Positions 12,229-25,491 are shown, numbered from the whole stretch's first letter. The stretch is 62,720 nt of DNA, filler included, from Sphacelaria rigidula (GCA_964200075.2; 8 parts of 8 records of this genome joined end to end with filler, not necessarily neighbours in it), one strand, 5' to 3'. Notes: generated from the sequence alone by a model not told the origin. Made by a program: numbers and translations.

Positions 12229-12395
12229 GTTGGGCGCAAGTTGAGCGCGAAGACGCTAGAGCAAGTGGCGGAGAAGCTGTCCCTTTCCAACAACAGGCTA
12301 GACGGGGCGTACTACACCCTGGCGGCGTTACACGAGAGCGGAGAGTCTGTGCCCGTGGAGGCTGTGAACACAGTGATCGCCGGCAGTGCCATGAG
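12229..12395 (+). CDS. PPR protein exon (VGRKLSAKTLEQVAEK...LDGAYYTLAALHESGESVPVEAVNTVIAGSAM)
   Basis: atacag| acceptor, |gttaga donor, phase 0 start matching the previous exon. No convincing downstream exon in this contig. Confidence 0.75.
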
Positions 12396-15300
12396 GTTAG
12401 ATGGGCCACCCGCCCCCCTTGCTGTGTGATGTCTGATGGGGTGTTTTGATACGTATTGACACTACAGTGTTGAGGCCAAATCACTTCCTTTTCTGTGTAC
12501 TGTTCGTGGCGTGTATGGTTTGTGTACAGTTACGGGAGATGATTGTACGTTTCAATATTTTACGATCACTCGTGGGGGCGTGTGACCTATGCATTTCATT
12601 CGCGCCCAACCTTTTGCCATAAAATGTATACGCGAACAATGCAGTAGTTTTTGTTTTGCCCAGTTAGGCTTTCCCCTCGTGCTGGTGACTATTGTACCCG
12701 GCCCCTTCCTCGGGACGAGTCCGTGGTCTTATAGCCTCAGGGGATCATTACGCCATCTCTCCCCCGGTACGCACACGCCTTTCTACATTTTGTTGTCCCG
12801 GATTGGATCATGACTATCGGCACCGCGTCGACTGTCGTTCAAACTGCGCGAAGCAGACTGATTTTTGTATTCGCGTATGGTTCCATATTTTCACGTACGT
12901 CTTCATGCTTTCAACGGCGGAGACCAGATACCTCTCAGAAACAAAAAAGGCAAACTTGCATAGGTCGGACGCCTCATAAGCAATCGAAGGGGACTCTCAG
13001 ATCCCTTATCCAAGGACACAAACTACGTGACAGCAGGGTCCGAGAAATCAAAGCGCTAGCTTTACGCTACTCCGCGTGCCCGGCGTCCAGCCCTCTAGGA
13101 AGCAAATATGAAAAACGTAGCCACATGAGGTAGCTCGTGATCCGGAAAAGTACACTAATAACAAGTAATATTCAGGTAGCTCATGAGCTGTCCGACGTGT
13201 GAAGAGGTTGACACATCTGACGCGAGCCGAGCCCGCGCTTTCCCAGCCCATATGATATCAGTTGTACGTTTGAATGCAGATCACCGCGGCGCGGCGGCCC
13301 CAGTTACTTTTTACTCATGGTATTTCCGCACATTAGCCCAATCTCTCGGACCGGTGGTCACAGACGTCGGCTCGTCTTTCCAGTACCGTCCCTGCTTACG
13401 TTCGTTTCCGGAGATAAGAGCTCTCGTCGTTTGTTTTGAGACTCCGAAAATAAAGCAAACAAAGTAACACCAAATACAGACAAGAAGAGAGAAAGGGCGA
13501 GAGAGAGAGACGCTAAGAAAACGGGAAAAAAAGCTGCTTCCACCCGAGTCAATCGGGGTGAGATGAACAAAACAAACCGATTAGATCTGCTATTCAAGTA
13601 TACGGGAAAAAGTCACCAGAATGTGATATTGCCATACAATATAATACCCCAAGTGGAGTTTTTTTGTACATGGTAATCGCGGATAGTGCTATAAGGAGAC
13701 GATACCTGTTCGTATGTTTTCGTGCAGGATGCGTAATTAATTCCACGGGGCTCTTGTCGAATGCAAGTTTTTGCTTGAGGCGTGTTCCACCCAGCAACCT
13801 TCTTTCCCATGTGACTTCTGACGCGTCGCTCGTCTGTTGTATTGCGTCGTGTTGGCTTGTGCTGTATTCGAAAGCCCTTCCCAAGCTGCTAGCTCATGCG
13901 CCTCATTATTTGGGTCCGGGTCCGGAACAAAAAAGAAAAAAACGGTGATGGCGGAAAATTTATTTTTCCCCAGTTACGCTCCGAGAGCTCCAAGGTCAAA
14001 CGTGTGTGGATCGCGTGAAACCGTGAGGTATAAACCCTAACCCCACTCCCCAAGCCGAAGCAGACCGAGAACCCTGGGGCAAGGGGAGATAGAGAGGGTG
14101 CTCTAGGTGAAGTGTACGCCGGGAGAGCTTAGCGAGCGCTCGGGACTGTGAGTTCTTTGTAAAGATCCAGATCTAATGATCTGGACAAGAAAGGTAAGTG
14201 TACATCCAATCATGAGGTGTCGCAGTGGAACTGGGAGGGACACACTTCAGTTTTTGATGAAAATAACAGTGAGGAGTATTTTTTGGGGGGGTGGAGAAGG
14301 AAGGGCGAAAAAATAATACAGAGTTTCGGAAAAATTCAAAATATGTTTCGGGATCAGAATGGAAAAAAAATAACTTCAGGATGGAGGTTTTCGAGAAGCC
14401 CTAAGATGAAAGCTGAAGAGTTCAGGACGGAAGCTGAAGTTACGTGGCTTGCATGAGCTGACTTCATTGTTCGCAGTGACTGGCCGCAGACTGCACTACC
14501 AAATGTGCGATCCACCATCCAGTTCCAAAGTCAGAAGCAGCACATGACTTGCACACTAGCGAGTCTCTAGTACGGACGGTACATTATTATCGTACCGTAC
14601 CGTATTCCGCACCCTGAAATCATACCGTACACTGCACTCCACTGCACTCCATTCCATTCCACTACACTCAATTGCACTGCACTGCACTGCAGTACTGTGC
14701 GGTATACAGTACAGTTATGGGGGTGAATGAGGGCCGATTTTGGGTACTATATTTCGGAAAAGTGGACATCGACACCTGTCTACAGGAAATATGGTTCGTA
14801 GTCGAGCCAATCATATCAATCACAAAAACATATGTCACCTCAAAATAACGACCCGACTGATATGAAATGTACTTGAAAATTTAGTACACTCGTTGAGTCG
14901 TCGGTTTTCATCAGTCTGTGGAAGCTGTTGCTCCTGTGACTGTGCTCCTCTTGTTGCACGAGTGTAGTGCTAAAACAGCTGAAACAGCAGCTGTTGTTAG
15001 TTGCTGTAGCACCCGGGAAGCACACACTGCATGACCCACCACACCACGTTCACAGCCCTTGCGAACATCAACGTTCAAAATTACACCCTCGACAATAGAT
15101 TCTGTTGTAAAAAAATGTACTGCGTGCAGTATGGTATCTCGGCAACCAAGCAGAGGATTTCACTGCGGTTTGTTGCGTTCGCTTCCCACTTACCCAAACT
15201 AGGGAAGTATGTTTGATATTTACTTCACGCGTCCCACATACGCTGCACGCTACCGAAACATACCAATATGTGCTAAAAAAAAGCCCGTTTTTTTTTCTTC

Positions 15301-16175
15301 TGTGTGCAACGGGCTGTAAAATGCCACAGGCCAGCTTGCTTCCTGTGCCAGGAAAACCGCGATGAAAGTACTGCAGTTGTCGTATACTAAAAACAACTTG
15401 ATAGGGGACGAAGCGCGTGTCCTACCGCAAACCGCTTAACAGTTCGGAACAGCTGATGGCGTGTCCATTATTCCTCCGCGTTATTGCTCTTTTTGGCCTG
15501 GCCGCGCATTTCGGTCGTTAGCTCTTAGACAGCGACCCCCCCCCCCTGGGTCCGGCGAGAACCCGGCGTGCTCCGCCCCGGCTTTGTAAGGGCGGACCCC
15601 CGATGGGNNNNNNNNNNNNNNNNNNNNNNNNNNNNNNNNNNNNNNNNNNNNTTAATTAATTAANNNNNNNNNNNNNNNNNNNNNNNNNNNNNNNNNNNNN
15701 NNNNNNNCTGGTTTTTTATTTCTTCTACCGCTTTACCAAGTCGCCGGTCGCCCTCTTCGCGGTCGGCGCCCCGGGGGGGGGGGGGGGGGGGGGTTGCATG
15801 CATGACCATGTTATCCGCTTCATACTTGAGCAGAAACACACATGTGTCTCGTGTGAACTGTTCACATGTGCTACCCAGTATTGCCATCGCTCATCAACAT
15901 CATATTAATCGAGGTCAGGACATACATCGCCCACCAAGACTCGTAAATCACAGGCACGGCGTACTATAACGCATGGACCACCGACCTTCTACCAACACAG
16001 ACAGGGAGTAAATGCACTCCTCATGTGCTCAATAAGGTGGCATGAAACGTGGCACAAGTGCAGAGATGAGCATATCCCAAACAACGGATTTCCAACATAC
16101 TTCGTATATGGTGGCGCGGGACAGTATGCTCAGGCGTCACATAATCTCCGACCGCTGGGTGATGCCCGACAATAC

Positions 16176-16210
<35 letters not shown>

Positions 16211-17602
16211 ACAAAGTAAACACGAGCATACGCATTTAGGGGACACACCCATATATTTTAAGCCTCCGCCCAGGCCACGTGTTGGAGTTGCAGGTACATC
16301 TGAAAAAATGTACATCGATGTGATTGATTTTATTGATTGGTTGATTGATTGACTGATCTGATTGATTGATTGATTGATTGATTGTAGCGTATGAGCTGGT
16401 CCGCTTCGAATCACGATCTAGTCGCCGTCACAAGATGGACGCGCCCCTAAGGCCGAAGCTCAGAAAAGTATGGCGGCGCGTGCACTGCACCAAGTTGATC
16501 AAGAGGTTTAGTGGGCGCGACCCCCACACTGCCTTGACCAAAGCTTGCGAACGCTTGAGGGGCCGACCCCACATGACTGCCACGATGCAGTCAGACCGAG
16601 CCCCCCGGTGATCGGCACACGAACCCGCTTGCGGGGAAACTGTTGGGTTAGGTTTCCACCTTCCGTCGAGGAAAAAAAAAAAAAAAGATAGACCTGCCCG
16701 ACGCAAAAAACGGGAAGACGCTTGCTATACGAAGCTCAAGAAAGAGGAAACATGAAAAAGAAATATAGACGGCACAGAGTAAGCTGAATCATGAGAGAGA
16801 AAAAACAATGAAACAGAGAAGGAATTGATAAAAAGCAGGAAAATGAAAGGAAATGAAAGGAAATGAAAGGAAAACAGAAAAAAAAAAAAGGAAAACGACA
16901 GGCCAAGATATCTCTAGTACGGGTTCCGTGAAGAAAAAAAAAATCACGGCAGCCCGCCCTAGCAGAGTATCTTGAGGTACGGAGGCCGTACAAAAATGCA
17001 TCAAAACAAAACAGAGCAGATAAGGCCATGGAAGCAGGTAGCTCAGCTATCTGGGGACCGCATGATTTGGGCAATAACTCTGATCCACGAGGTTTGCTCG
17101 AGCGACACGGCCAACATATAAGATGGGCGTGACAATAGCAACGACGTCGACCACCAAAAAATGGAAAATGACGCGTGCGGTGATTGCTTTTTCTGTCGAT
17201 ATGTCACCGTTTCACGCGAATACTGATTGATTTTATTGATTGATTGTCGTACTTTAACTGACCCCCCAGGGGTCCAACCGTGGTCGCATGGTAGACGTAT
17301 CCAAGAAAAGCAAAACTGATTCACCCGCTGAAGAAAAGAAGGAACAGAAAAAAAGTCGAACAGAACGACCTAGTAAAATATGTATGGCAATGCAGGCTAG
17401 TGTAGCATTGCGTAGTATAGTGTAGTGTACTGCACCACCATCGAGAGCAGCATTCTCTGCGGCGGACGCTACCTGGGGTGCAGAACCTGAACGAGCCGCG
17501 GTCACACGCCGACAACGAGGCGGATTGACAGCCGACACCGTGCCCGTCCGCCATGTCTTCGATTGTTTGTGTTCGATAGCTCCCTAGTTACTAGCTGTTC
17601 AC

Positions 17603-17731
17603 CTGTCCGATGTGGATTATCTCCGTCGCCCCCTCGCCAAACGCGTGTACACCCAAGAGCTTAAGGGTGCTCGTATCGAACAGTAGCTTCAGAAAGCCGT
17701 CCACACCACCGAGCATCTGGCCCTTGGCCAG
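17603..17731 (-). CDS. sthA: Soluble pyridine nucleotide transhydrogenase, dimerisation-domain exon ([43 protein letters not shown])
   Basis: tgcag| acceptor, |gtgaac donor, 129 bp, phase 0/0. The GQ..G...G.LKLLF....[17 protein letters not shown] motif is characteristic of SthA/UdhA. Not present in the ORF track. Confidence 0.85.
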
Positions 17732-18269
17732 CTGCACTCATTTTCACGGCCAAAGGAAGAGGGTTCGAGACGGAGAGACGAGAACATGAGCAGCAAGAGG
17801 ACAAGAGCCATTATTTGGCTCGTACGAAAAGAGACATGAACGCAAATGATATTATGTGCTCCTGCCACAAACGAGACAACCACCCTTCTTCACTCCTCTT
17901 CGCGATCGACCCTCAGCAAAACTTGGAAATTTCAGCACCCGCGCGTCGATTTTTCCGTCCGATTTTTCCGTCCCACGGCACACACACCTACGAGTACAGC
18001 ATCATGCTGCGCCCTTCCCCGCCCACTCCCAAAAGCTTCGTTTCGAAAGTGATGCATGGCCTATGGTAAAACGACTTAGGGAAGCAATAAATAAGTACGT
18101 CCCCATCCCAAAAAGGAACGCTCGACGTGTCGACGCCAAGACAAGTTTTGTTTCTTTTTACCCTTCTCTCCGTTTTTTTTTCTTCAGTGCTTCCATACCC
18201 AAATGCTCCCACGCCCCTTATTTCTCGCACACGTTATTTTCGTTTCTGTTCTGTTTATCCTTGTCCCAC

Positions 18270-18370
18270 CTCCCGGTAGTCCGCGACGCCGACTTCGTAG
18301 GAGACCCCGGCTCGGGTTAGCTGAGCCTCCGTCTTGCCCACCATAGAGATTTCCGGTATGGTATAGATGC
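18270..18370 (-). CDS. sthA: sthA exon ([34 protein letters not shown])
   Basis: caacag| acceptor, |gtggga donor, phase 1 to 0. [15 protein letters not shown]...YEVG.A motif. Confidence 0.87.
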
Positions 18371-19363
18371 CTGTTGTCCCAAGCGATCGAAACGCAACAG
18401 CGCATCACCGACAAGTTACCGCGCATGCCACGCACAACGCGGAAGCACATATTTTTCGGGGTATATCCACAAGCGTACTACAAACATGCCTACTTATACG
18501 TACGCACAGGCAAAAGTGACGACAAGGTCAAGGGACGTTGCCCTGACGGTGGAAAGACAATTACACCGGGAGCGGCCCTGCTGTCATCAAATGCTGGCAT
18601 AGCGTGTGACTTTCCTGACCAACTCTGTGCGAACACTGCGTACTGCGTTGGAACATAACGAATTTACCGTGGAAACGGGACGGCCACTGATCGGTACACA
18701 ACTGGTTCCACTCATGCAACGATTTGAGAGGGTGCAAAGCTCATACAAATGGTAACGGCGTGGCCCTGTGAAAAACCCGAGTGGGTCATCTGGGTTTCCC
18801 AGCCAATTTTCAAGTTCAAGTAGGGCAGATTCGTGATCTCATCCACGCTGGTTGGTGGTTGGTCCAAGGGTTCAGGAGGGAAAGCAGACACATGCATACC
18901 AAACGCTGTCATATGTTTGGTCGTAGAGAGTAGAAAAATCTTGGCAAATGGATCCATTTTATAGATCATGTTTTAACAACCCAAATGAAGTTCGTTTTGT
19001 CAAGATCTTGTCTTTTCTTTCAGACATATTTTTGCGCAAAAAATTAAACGTCTCGGTTGAAGGATACCACTCGCTGAGGGTAAACCCAAAACACACCCGA
19101 CTGGCGCAGATACCTCACAATATCAGCTGGATTTAGGGTTAGAGTCAGCGCCAGCGTTATATGTGTAATGGCTTGGTCTACCTCAACCATCGCTTTCGAT
19201 TGCTTGATAAAACGCCCTCTCTCGCTGCGCAGTGGTACCACAGTGCTATAATACTATTATAAGGGAAGCTATTAGGCAGCCGGTAGTATCATTCAGACCT
19301 GTCACACACACAACAACAACAACAACAACGGCAACAGTGGGGCATCTATGGCCTGATGCTCAC

Positions 19364-19397
19364 CGTATGGAAAGAGTAGTTCCGACGACCGATCCAA
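19364..19397 (-). CDS. sthA: sthA 34-bp mini-exon (LDRSSELLFPY+G)
   Basis: gtacag| acceptor, |gtgagc donor. Ends in phase 1 and joins the next exon to give [14 protein letters not shown]. Confidence 0.75.
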
Positions 19398-20023
19398 CTG
19401 TACGAACGGCACGCTGCCATACGCCTGGCTCGTGCTTTTGATTCGCTTGCCCTCATCCGGTGCTGCTGTTGTTGCTGCTGCCCGCATCTCGGATGCAGCA
19501 CCCCTCTGAAAGAGAAATACAAGAGGAAAAACAGGGGGGGGGGGGGGGTATGTGTCGGGGGAGAACATGGATGATAAACGTGCTACAATAGGTGGACAGA
19601 TGTCGCTGTCCTACAGTGCACACAAAATAAGCTGCCTTGTGTCGAATACAAAACTACCCGCTGCTTGACGATGTGCTGCAGATGTGCCCTGGAGAGGAGA
19701 AGGATAGGAATCCTACGACCACTATTTGCAGAGTGATTTATCGGCAACTGTCTACACTTCCATCCTCTGCTTCGTGTTCTGTTGAAGTGCTGCTTGTTTC
19801 CAATACATCTCTCAAATTTGGTCCCGAGTAAATCCGAGATTTCGTCTGAAGAAACAGTCTCGTTGATTATACCCCCAACTACCTTTCGAAGTAGTAGAGA
19901 TATTGTGCATCATCCGCCTCTCCCCGGGGAGAAAAGTCGACCTGATATGATATTTGATATCATGTTATACATATGTATATATATATGTATATCATGTATC
20001 ATAAAAGTCGTATGTGATAGAAG

Positions 20024-20097
20024 ACCGACGAAGGGATTTGAACCCGTACTCTCTCTGTAAAAACGCAAAGTGCTTTTGCCACTTAAGCTGCATCGGT
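20024..20097 (-). pseudogene. tRNA-like sequence (Lys-TTT-like pseudogene or SINE head)
   Basis: Minus strand folds as acceptor ACCGATG/CGTCGGT, D arm GCTTAAGTGGCAAAAGC, T loop GGTTCAAATCC. The anticodon loop is 8 nt (CGTTTTTA), which is non-canonical. Confidence 0.55.
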
Positions 20098-21313
20098 AGC
20101 GTTGAGTGGACGGGACAGAGCTCGAGTGAGCAGGACAGACAGAGTGGAGGTGAAGAGAAGAAGAGCAGGTGTAGTTATGAAATAAGGTGGGGATGATCTG
20201 CGATTCATGACATGACATGAAGCTAGGGATCAGTTACCAACGGACATTGGCCTGGAGTTTAGTTCAACATGTAGATCACCTTGAGTTTGGTGTGTACAAC
20301 GTGCTATGACTCTTAGGCATATTCGATCTGACAGTGTCCCGATATTCCAAGACAAATAGACCACCCTCAAAAGATCTAGTCGACGTTCGAGGAACCTTCC
20401 TCAGGGCTAGAACTCTCCTATTGAGACAACCAATAAGAGGTTCTCGGACAGAATCATGAGGTATGTTGGGTTCTCACAAGTGCGATTCACATTACCCCCC
20501 TAGTTGTGACGGTGTTAGAGCTCACACTCCCTCAAAAACTGAAGATTAAAGAATCCTAGATGATGAGATAATCCAACATCCCTTCATCCAACATCCCTTC
20601 ATCCAACATTCCTTGATAGATATTTATGTATATTTCAAGTGTTCAATCAACACATTTAAAATGTAATATTCATAGGATGACCATGACATGTATGCAAACA
20701 AATATTTGAAAGCGTAAATACCGGACAGACATTCGTATTCATTTTGACTTTGTCAGAATAGTACTTCAGGATCAATAAATTTCAAGTGAGTTGACAGAGA
20801 GACTTGATGTTTTCACAGTTAACGCAATGTCAACATTATATTCACTATATATCGATGAGTGGTCGAGACTCAATCGTAGACTTAAATAAATCCACACAGT
20901 ATGTGTATAAACTGCGACCTGCAGGGTCAGAGTTTCAGTCTCTTGGACAGAATAAAATGAAATGCGCATAAAGATGTAAACAAAAAAACGGTATTTTTTT
21001 ATCCTGTAGTGCCTTATTAAGGAGCAATGAAATAACATTGTGGCCAGACAATTATCTTACCTACAGAACTGTTAATCACTGACAGATTCAGTGCACTGTC
21101 GTGTGCTAATTGCACATACGATGGGACAAAATACATGGATGAAAAAGTGCAAAATTGACACTTATTTTCCGAGAGAAAAATACGGAAAATTCTCGATATT
21201 ATATCATCAAATATCATCCCTGAACTTTCTGGACATACTCTTGATAAGCTGCTCCAAAATTGGCCTGATAGGATGATGAATGATATTGCGGTACATCAAT
21301 GTATTGACAGGGG

Positions 21314-21460
21314 CTGACCCCTGATGCGCATTCCATAGTAATCGTCGAAGCGATTCGGTGGCCTGACCCCTGATGCGCATTCCATAGTAATCGTCGAAGC
21401 GATTCGGTGGCCTGACCCCTGATGCGCATTCCATAGTAATCGTCGAAGCGATTCGGTGGC
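21314..21460. repeat. Three perfect 49-bp tandem repeats
   Basis: Unit ctgacccctgatgcgcattccatagtaatcgtcgaagcgattcggtggc at 21314, 21363 and 21412, with no spacers. Confidence 0.95.
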
Positions 21461-21829
21461 GTCTACCCAAGAGCACGCTGTGATTCGCTGATATTAAGTT
21501 AATTTTTCTGTACTTGACCGTTAATAAAAAAAAATGCAACTTTGGCCAACAACAAACAATTGCGGCTACCGGAAAACGCAAAGGTATCCTGGAACCGTCT
21601 CCATGAGCATAGCAAGGCATTCCAAGGCGTTAGCATCCACCTTGTTCTCTTTCAGGGCGTAAAACGACGCAGAAGGACCGCAAAGGCAGTTTTACAGTAT
21701 ATTTCTCTTGCTTGTCATAAGAAGCGGCCTGGCTGTGAAATGGTCTATGTCTTGAACCCCTTGACAACCGGGGTAGTTCATCTGCTGAATCGGTATCACT
21801 GTCACTCGTGAAAATATTGAGTGGCCCAG

Positions 21830-22200
21830 ATGACCTACCGTGGCGGTCGAAGGGTTGACCCTTAGACAGCGAGCGTCCCCTCGGAACAGTTTCACAGGCT
21901 GACATTCCAGAGACATCCGGGGTTTCCAGGGGGCGTGAGGATGGTTTTTGAAATAGGGTGAGGCCTTACCACGGAACAGCCGAAACGTTTACCTTAGCCA
22001 ACCATGTGTGTTTGGAAGTTTCCCACGGAAAATCATAAGCAAGGAGCGAGGCCCGAGAGGAGCAGAGTGACTATTCTGACCAATCACGGCTATCAAAATG
22101 CTCCCTTTGTTCCCCTACAGGTGGGCTACAGGTGGACTACTTCGCTGTCTACCGGCATATCTCTTTTTGGTACTCACGATTCAACCATGGGTTACATGGG
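21830..22200. repeat. Interspersed repeat; an inverted copy lies at ~23750-24120 on the next contig
   Basis: Shared blocks gacccttagac...ctcggaacagtt..acaggct.acattcca..gacatccgggg and aaccatgtgtgtttggaagtttccc.cggaaaat. Confidence 0.75.
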
Positions 22201-24120
22201 CGCATTTAAGGTGTTTGCACTACGCTCGTGGTCTGTGCCGCCTGCCTGACCCCTCGTGGTTGTCAGCATAGATTCACACTTGTAGTGTTGTTGTGGAACA
22301 CTAGGCGGAGGCATCAGCAGCATGCAGTAGATTGTGTACAGTAGACAGCGATGGAACACCGACTGTTCCTTGCCGCTGTATCCAGCGGAGACATGAAGCT
22401 CACATACTGACTCTGCACGCAAAAGACTGTAGGGTCAAAACCGACCAGGGGTTCTCCGGAACTACTTTCTATATGGATGCCAAACACCCGCATGACTATT
22501 AAAAAGGGCGTTTTGTGTAGCGAAAAAAGAGCGATTTTGAACGCCAAATGTGGCACAGCCCATCTTGGTCCACCTGCCGGGGGGGGTCGCTACTAGAGGA
22601 TTCAGTTATGCTACACGGTGGTGGCAGGCCCCTATCTGTACCCGGTACCACCAATTAAATCAAAAAAATATACGTTACACACGTTTTCATCTCACCCTTT
22701 CCGCAAAAAATGGGAACTCGCTCGGTGTTGCAAAGCTCTTCACCACAGCACAGCAAGCGGCACTGATTTTCTTTTCTTTTTCCGAATAGAACTTCGGCGA
22801 CAGACGGGAAAAAACCGAGCCCACAGTTGAGACGACTGAGCCAACTTTTTCATATATATATATATATATATACGATGAGTGTATGTCATTCTTCGTCAAA
22901 TCGGGAGAAAACCTAGGTGGTGGGGTCACCAAATCAAGCTCTTCCGTTGCTCCTGTTGTGTTTAGTTGTTATGGGGGTACAGCACAGCAATTTCAGCGAT
23001 CCGCTGCCAGTACGCCAACGCGCAATGTACAGTACGAAGAACTCATTTGCCGGGCAGCGGGTCATCACGCAGGTCTTGACCCCTAGACGGCGGGAGTTCG
23101 TCATCTGTTGAGTCAAGATCAACATCAGTTTGGAAAAAAATGCATGATCCAGATGGACTATCCTCGCGATCCAAGCGTTGAAACGCATCTTTTTCGATGT
23201 TTTTTTGTAATGGTTTTTTCATTTTTTGCCTCGACCAGCCGCGCAAGGATGCTTGTGCTCTATCTATTCACAAGAACACATAGCCGAAGGACATCGCATA
23301 CGTTGTGCAATTAAACGGCGCCGAACACCGAATGATACGAGCTGGGCAAGCCTAGAAACGGGTTTCAGCTCTCAACGCAATATCTCATCAATACGACAGT
23401 TTCGATTATCGGCTCACTCGCTGTTACTACTTTGTGTATACACCAGTACGTGGCAAAGTANNNNNNNNNNNNNNNNNNNNNNNNNNNNNNNNNNNNNNNN
23501 NNNNTTAATTAATTAANNNNNNNNNNNNNNNNNNNNNNNNNNNNNNNNNNNNNNNNNNNNAGCAATTGCTCGGCGATGGCGGTCGCCTCACCGTCGAAGT
23601 AATTGTCTACATCTACGTGCGTCGGGTATTCGTGGCCGCCGCTCGCGTGTTGCGCCATGACGTTTGATACCAGATAGATTGAGGTGTGAAGCTAGTACGA
23701 CGCTCAGGCAGTACTGAACAGACGGACACAGTGTACTGAAGCAAACACCTACTTTTTGGTTATATAATCTATGGTTGATTTGGCATGCTCAGAATGAGTT
23801 ATGAGGGTAGACAGCGAATGTGTCTACCAGGTGTCTACCTCTACCGTAACAAAAGTGCTCATTTTGACGACCGTGATTGATCAGAATGGCCATCCCGCGT
23901 CTCTCGGGCCTCGTGCATGGCTCATAATTTTCCGCGGGAAACTTCCAAACACACATGGTTGACTCCGTGAGCTTCTCCGATGCTCCGCGGAGAGACACAC
24001 CCCCTCCTCAAAAATCACCCCCTCCGAGCTCTGGAAACCCCCGGATGTCTTGGAACTGTAAGCCTGTACAACTGTTCCGAGGCGACGCTCGTCGTCTAAG
24101 GGTGACCCCTTTGACCGCGA

Positions 24121-24424
24121 CACACGCGGCCATTTGGCTACCCCAAAAATTCCTTTGGGCTTGTCAATTTTTCGATCCTTCAGAGATATTATGCGCCTCC
24201 AGAGAGGTGCGCGGCCCTCCAGAGGAATATTTTTTGGTTCCCTCCAGAGGGATTAAACACCTCCGGAGGCTTGTTTTTGCCTCCGGAGGGATGGGCGGCC
24301 CTCCAGGGGGGGAGTGTTTGGTTTCCTCCAGAGGGATTGAGGGGCTCCGGAGGTTTGTTTTGCCTCTGGAAGGCCGCGCATCCCTCCGCGGGCATTTTTG
24401 GGGGTAGCCAAATGGCCGCCTGTG
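24121..24424. mobile_element. Small TIR element with CAC termini and a 2-bp GA TSD (CACTA/EnSpm-like MITE)
   Basis: GA|CACACGCGGCCATTTGGCTACCCC ... GGGGTAGCCAAATGGCCGCCTGTG|GA, with internal cctccagagg repeats. Confidence 0.65.
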
Positions 24425-24916
24425 GAGGGTATAGGTTGCCTGCTGATTCGGCATCAATTTCACTTGAAAAAAGTATGTGTGATCCAGATGGACTACCCGC
24501 ATCGCGGTTTAAGGATCAAGTACCGAAGAAGACACAACGAACAGCCGCACATCCACCACGTGGTTTTTTCAACTGTGTACGAGCTGGGCCAGCCAAGAAG
24601 CGAATTAGTAGTTTGCAGGCCCATAAACCGGCCAAAATTCAGAGTTGAACCCTGAAATTTGGTACGGACAATGAATAGGGCATAATAAAAACAAACACCG
24701 ATGCGCACAAGTTTTTGTTTTCATGAGTTGAGGGCATTGTACGAGCTGGGCCAGCTTGAAAGCGGCCAAACGTTGTCCACACTGCAGCTTTCCCAGTTTC
24801 CCGAATAAACCCGATGTAAGCATCTCACTGTGAAGTGCAAACCAACCTGATAACACACACGGCACCGCCGCTGAATAAAGGAAAAAATGAAAAAAAAATG
24901 TACTGCATAATATATA

Positions 24917-25491
24917 CTTCCTCTGTCCCATAAGTCTGTATCGTTATGGACGTTTAATCGTGTGGGTATTTCAATGCTCACGATCATGCTACAGTTGGGC
25001 TCGTTAGAGAGATAACGTGCAGACGAAGCTGACTGAGAAAAAAAAAGAAAAAAAACTTGTTTTCAATACTAAAATCATATCAAAATATACCCCATTTTGG
25101 CCCTTTTGGGTCCACTTATACCCCGATGTTGACCGATTTTGGACGTTTTGACGTCGAGCACTCGCGATTACATGCTGAAAAGTTGTCAGATGGGGGTGTG
25201 TAAATTAACGTCACGGATATATCCAAATCACACTTTTTTTCACAATTTTTCGCGATTCCCGGGTCTCCTATGCTTGACAGGGAAAAAGAGCGAAAAATTG
25301 TCATATTTCGACCGACCTACTTTTTCTCGGCCGCGATGCTGCACGGGCGGGTCAAGCACCCATGTTGTAGAAAGAGTGTTATTTCTAGCTCAAAAAACGC
25401 CAGCGAATGCAACCAAATAATCGAAAATCAAATCGGACATCCTTAAGGGCTCGTACAAACATAACGATACAGACTTATGGGACAGAGGAAG
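24917..25491. mobile_element. Stowaway-like MITE with 32-bp perfect TIRs and TA TSD
   Basis: TA|CTTCCTCTGTCCCATAAGTCTGTATCGTTATG ... CATAACGATACAGACTTATGGGACAGAGGAAG|TA. Absent from the family A copy at ~8010. Confidence 0.9.

Noticed and set aside
14170..14193. Next PPR exon (SNDLDKK)
   Set aside because: Phase-compatible with a good donor, but very short with a weak acceptor; likely chance.
18650..19150. Decayed coding fragment in the sthA intron
   Set aside because: Protein-like stretches are broken by stops and match no motif I recognise.
21314..21460. CRISPR-like array
   Set aside because: Head-to-tail 49-bp copies with no unique spacers, no cas genes, eukaryotic context; a simple minisatellite.
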